From positions 29,016,001 through 29,080,000 of the forward strand of contig NC_134472.1 in NCBI RefSeq assembly GCF_964194025.1: 64,000 bases of DNA. Direction: 5' to 3'. The notes under the pieces were generated by a model that did no database searches, was not told the DNA's origin, and worked only from the letters and a program-made list of their open reading frames with translations. How positions within the stretch are numbered: position 1 is the first letter of the stretch; each line of letters starts with the position of its first letter. A program made the position numbers and the translations under genes. Source of the DNA: Convolutriloba macropyga. Lineage: Eukaryota. This document shows positions 60,301 to 64,000 of the stretch, one piece after another.

Positions 60301-62739
60301 TCAGATGTTAAGCAGCAATTTTTAGCTGTCACAGAAACATGGGTTCTTATTGAAACCAAAACATCTTCTGCCAAGACATATGCAAAAAAATTGAAACTTG
60401 CAATCGAAGTGTCGAAAACAGAGGCGGTGTTGCAAACCTTATTACAGTGTATAAGTCTGATTACCATTAAGAAGACTAGTTACCGAAACACACAGATTAA
60501 TACGGTTAGAGCAAAGGGTTCGAAGTCCGAAAAGTGCTTGATTACTGTTGTCTATGAAGCACGTAAAATGGACACTTTTGAATTTGTCCACAAAAAGTTG
60601 AATCATCCATTCAAAATAGGACAGAGAAAAAGTAACCACCACATTGCTGTGGCAATTGTAACAAAGACATCCCATTGAGTCAAATCAAAAACGAGACAAA
60701 ACGTCCATTCCTTAAAATTTGAGCGTGCAAAAAACCAGAAGATTATACAAGAATATCATTTTTAAGCCAATCAAAAACTGACCTTGTTTTGCCAAACTTA
60801 GTAGTTTAACACAAGTTCAAAGCGTCTCAGTAACTGAACCTTTCGGTGGCGTCAGAGAATCATGCTTAACTGACACAAAACAAAATGAGAAAAAAGGTCT
60901 CTTTCCCAAAGTTGAAAAAAGCTTGATAAACTAGAAACAAAAATTCACGTGAACAAAAAATTTCAAGAAGCGGACAATAGCAAGTTCTTACAAAATAGAT
61001 CTACAAGCTCGGCGATGATAGAAAGTTTAATAAGAATATCGGAAGAATTGCTCGACGAAGTCGTACCTCATAGAAAACTTAAAGCTCGAAGTGAAAAAAA
61101 GATGGACTAATTCGAACATCAAAGAATATTTCTCAAAAATTTTTGCAAAGAAAACAACAAGGTTTTTCAGGTTTGGAAATCTGACTCAAGAAAAGAGCAT
61201 AGGCCTTAATTAAATTGCAACAACAGATATATCTGCAAAAGAGCTGAAAAATACTTTTGAAATAGGACAAAAATGGGCAAACAATTTCACTAATATTTCT
61301 AGAAATTAAGGTTCCCAAAGAAAAAAAGAAAGGTATAATGAACAAAAAGTTGAATAAGATATGTACATTCTTTTGCATTCTCGACTATTGTTTTAAAACC
61401 GTGTCACCTACAATTACAGACCAGCTTAGTCAACTTTTCAACAATTTCATTAACAAAGAAATATTCTTAAATCTGCTTAAAATTGATAAAGTAATATTCG
61501 TAAATGAAGAGGGATGAAAAATGGAGCCGGAAACTACCGACCCATCTCCTAATTACCAGTAGTGGGCAAACTTTTCGAAAATTTTACAAAAGAATCTAAC
61601 ACTTCCTGGTAAAACACAACGTCCTGGCATGAAGGCAGTTAGGTTTTCGCACGAACGTTTGACGATCGACGCAGTATTTCAAACCTTCGAAGCATTACTT
61701 CAGCGAAAGCAACAAAAGGCATATCAGTGCACGTTGCTTAATTTTTCAAAAGCCTTTGCCACGGTCGATCATCAACAGCTCTTAGCTAAATGTAAAGATA
61801 TGGTCTCAGAGGCACAATAAAACGGGATTTTTATAAATCTGATAATAAACATCTCCTACGTTTATTCTGGTACCGTTTCTATCTAAAACAATAATTGTCA
61901 CGGCTTATTTCTACGGTGATGTGGCTATTAATCATGAGTCATAATTATCGGTTTTTCGTAAAGATCACTGGAATGAGACTCATCAATTGTTTCCTCGGGA
62001 GACTCCACTAAGGACTAAAAGTCTGCATGGTGCTCTCTCAAAAAGTGTAAATTTTGTTGAATATATACTTTGAATGTATTATCAGCCTTTCGAAATTTTC
62101 ATTATTGTTATTTCGATCAATCGCATAATTAGAGAATAAGCCAAAAGAGAGTAAGCCGTGCTGGTCTTTTGTTTTTTGTCTGGCTCTAAGAAAACTTAAA
62201 GCCCTCTGGTCGTCACCTGTTTATCTCGTTTCTGGCAAGTCATAAATATCAGACAAAAAATTTCTCAAACGAAAACGCGCATTAAAAATACCGCAGGACT
62301 AATATAATTGCTACGAACTTTGTTTGAGAGCAATTAAAAAGTCGTTCTAGCAACCGATTGAGTTTGTTTTAATTGATAACTGCTCTTCTCGCCTCGAATA
62401 ATTTCTCCCAGGGCGTGCAAATTGGTTTCATAATAAGTCCAACTGTCATACGTTTTCATGAAAGTTTGAACAATTCGGTCTCTGAGAAAACTGTCCGTGG
62501 AGATTTTTTCACAGGACCGAAATTAAATCATAGCCCACATTATCAATGGCGCCCAAAAATTGAGTTCTAACCTGTCCGACACCCAATTTGAACTCGAATG
62601 GCTTTCCTCTATCCCTGGAAGAATCGAACTTCTTGCCGTCTGTGAGGGTTCCCACGTAATGCATTTTGACCATATCTCCTACTTTGGGGAAGTTTTTCCC
62701 ATCGCCTGGTGACAAGGACTCAACTTTAAGAGGTGCCAT
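57348..62739 (-). CDS. FKBP1A: FKBP12-type peptidyl-prolyl cis-trans isomerase, exons 62739-62572 and 57509-57348 (109 aa)
   Basis: [30 protein letters not shown]|[53 protein letters not shown]; phase 0 intron gttaga...atatag. Confidence 0.96.
60230..61820 (+). mobile_element. Degenerate non-LTR retrotransposon (CR1/L2-like LINE ORF2 remnant) in the FKBP12 intron
   Basis: APE endonuclease fragments YLQNIR (~60238), LAVTETW (~60322), GGVA (~60423); RT fragments [15 protein letters not shown] (~61533) and [19 protein letters not shown] (~61735); many stops and frameshifts. Confidence 0.8.
62180..62335 (-). mobile_element. HINE family A 5' part in the FKBP12 intron
   Basis: CAGGACTAATATAATTGCTACGAACTTTGTTTGAGAGCAATT. 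Confidence 0.6.
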
Positions 62740-64000
62740 TGGTTACACAGAATCAATTGATCTAGAAATTGGCAATGAAATGCAAACATTTTTCAACTTG
62801 ACAAAAACGAGCGCTGCTGTTAGGTATGTGACAGCAGATGGAAAACGGTAGAATAGGGACAGTGAATCGAAAATGAAGGCTATTCTTATTGGATGAAGTT
62901 ATTTGATATATATGACGAGACAACAGCTTTTTTACCATTTCTGTTGCCTGCAGGACTTGATATGAACCAAATTCAGCAAATCGTTCTCCGAGATTGCGTG
63001 AAAAATTAACGCCTGTGCATTAAATTACACGAAGAGCCGCACACATTAAGATCACAAATTTTATCTTCAAAGATAGTTACGGAAAAGCAGTTTATTAGTT
63101 TCACACTGCGTCTCCATTTACAAGTAATGGAAATATTTATTTTAGCACTCGAGAGCAATAGAGGGTCACAACAAGGAGACAATTTGAAAAGACAACTCAC
63201 AATTCTGACAACTCACATCATGAGTCATTCTTAAACGCCTAGGAACAGATGTAAGTGGAATGCTCCAATGTTTCTGTGCATAACACAGAATTTTTTCAAT
63301 ACCAAATCATACCAAAAAACGGGGAGAAAACATGCAAAGTTGAGACAAAATTATAGAAGGCAACAACCCAGTTATCTTTTCACAGAAAGTTTTGTAACAC
63401 TGTAAAAAACCGGGTTCCTCAATGCACCAAATCTAATGAAATATTGTAACACTCGAGATAATATTTAGATTATCTTATCAGCATTATAACAATTAACCAG
63501 AATTTTTTTCACATATTTTGATTTGAATAAGTGACGTATCGGGAGCCAGAGCTCATTAAATCCCAGAAAACGGTATTAATGAATCTTGACTGCTTTAACC
63601 CTCATTATTTATCAATACATTGAAGAGGCAGAAAAAAGCCATCGATAAAGACTTGTGACAAAATGTCAAAGAATTAAGAAATTTACCTTCAAAATCGAAA
63701 ACAAAATAAAAGAAGCTTCCAGCAACCAAAACCTGGAGTTACAATTGATATAAATTCAACTATGTTTTTTCTCCAATACTTAGAAATGAAAACTTAGTAA
63801 TTGGCTACGCTAGCTTTGTAGAACTGCAGCCTCAAAATACATAAAATCAGACCAAAGAAAAAATAATTATATTTACATTTTTGCTAATAGCTGATATGCC
63901 ATAGTTTTTAAAAAATTGTAAAACCTATAGGTTGTTTCTATTAGCTGCCCTCCAGTAACTTCCAATTAGAGTGACATACACTCAGTTGACCTCAAATTCA

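Noticed and set aside
1-64000. CRISPR array or prokaryotic operon/defence system
   Set aside because: Sequence is intron-containing eukaryotic DNA; no regularly spaced short repeats with unique spacers

Overview
AT-rich eukaryotic (invertebrate animal-like) genomic DNA with spliceosomal introns; the species cannot be determined from sequence alone. Three recognisable genes lie on the minus strand: a two-exon FKBP12 (62739-57348), an intronless SIL1 ER nucleotide-exchange factor directly downstream (56768-55350), and a ~39 kb, 17-exon TACC-family gene (41469-2371, ~1250 aa by manual splice reconstruction) with candidate alternative exons. Inside one 8.3 kb TACC intron I found two small spliced plus-strand genes, each with a TATA box and initiator-like site. 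One is absent from the ORF track and the other appears only unspliced. Their products share an unrecognised motif, VxGxx[FY]Y[RK]H[QE]SxY[KR]Tx[KR]xxxxG, and look like an orphan gene pair. Introns are packed with at least four families of non-autonomous Helentron/HINE-like elements (subterminal inverted repeats plus a 3' palindrome). These are nested, head-to-tail and strongly orientation-biased, and one subfamily carries a tRNA-like cassette. A decayed CR1/L2-like LINE sits in the FKBP12 intron. The FKBP12-SIL1 junction has operon-like geometry. All gene models are manual and lack transcript support.
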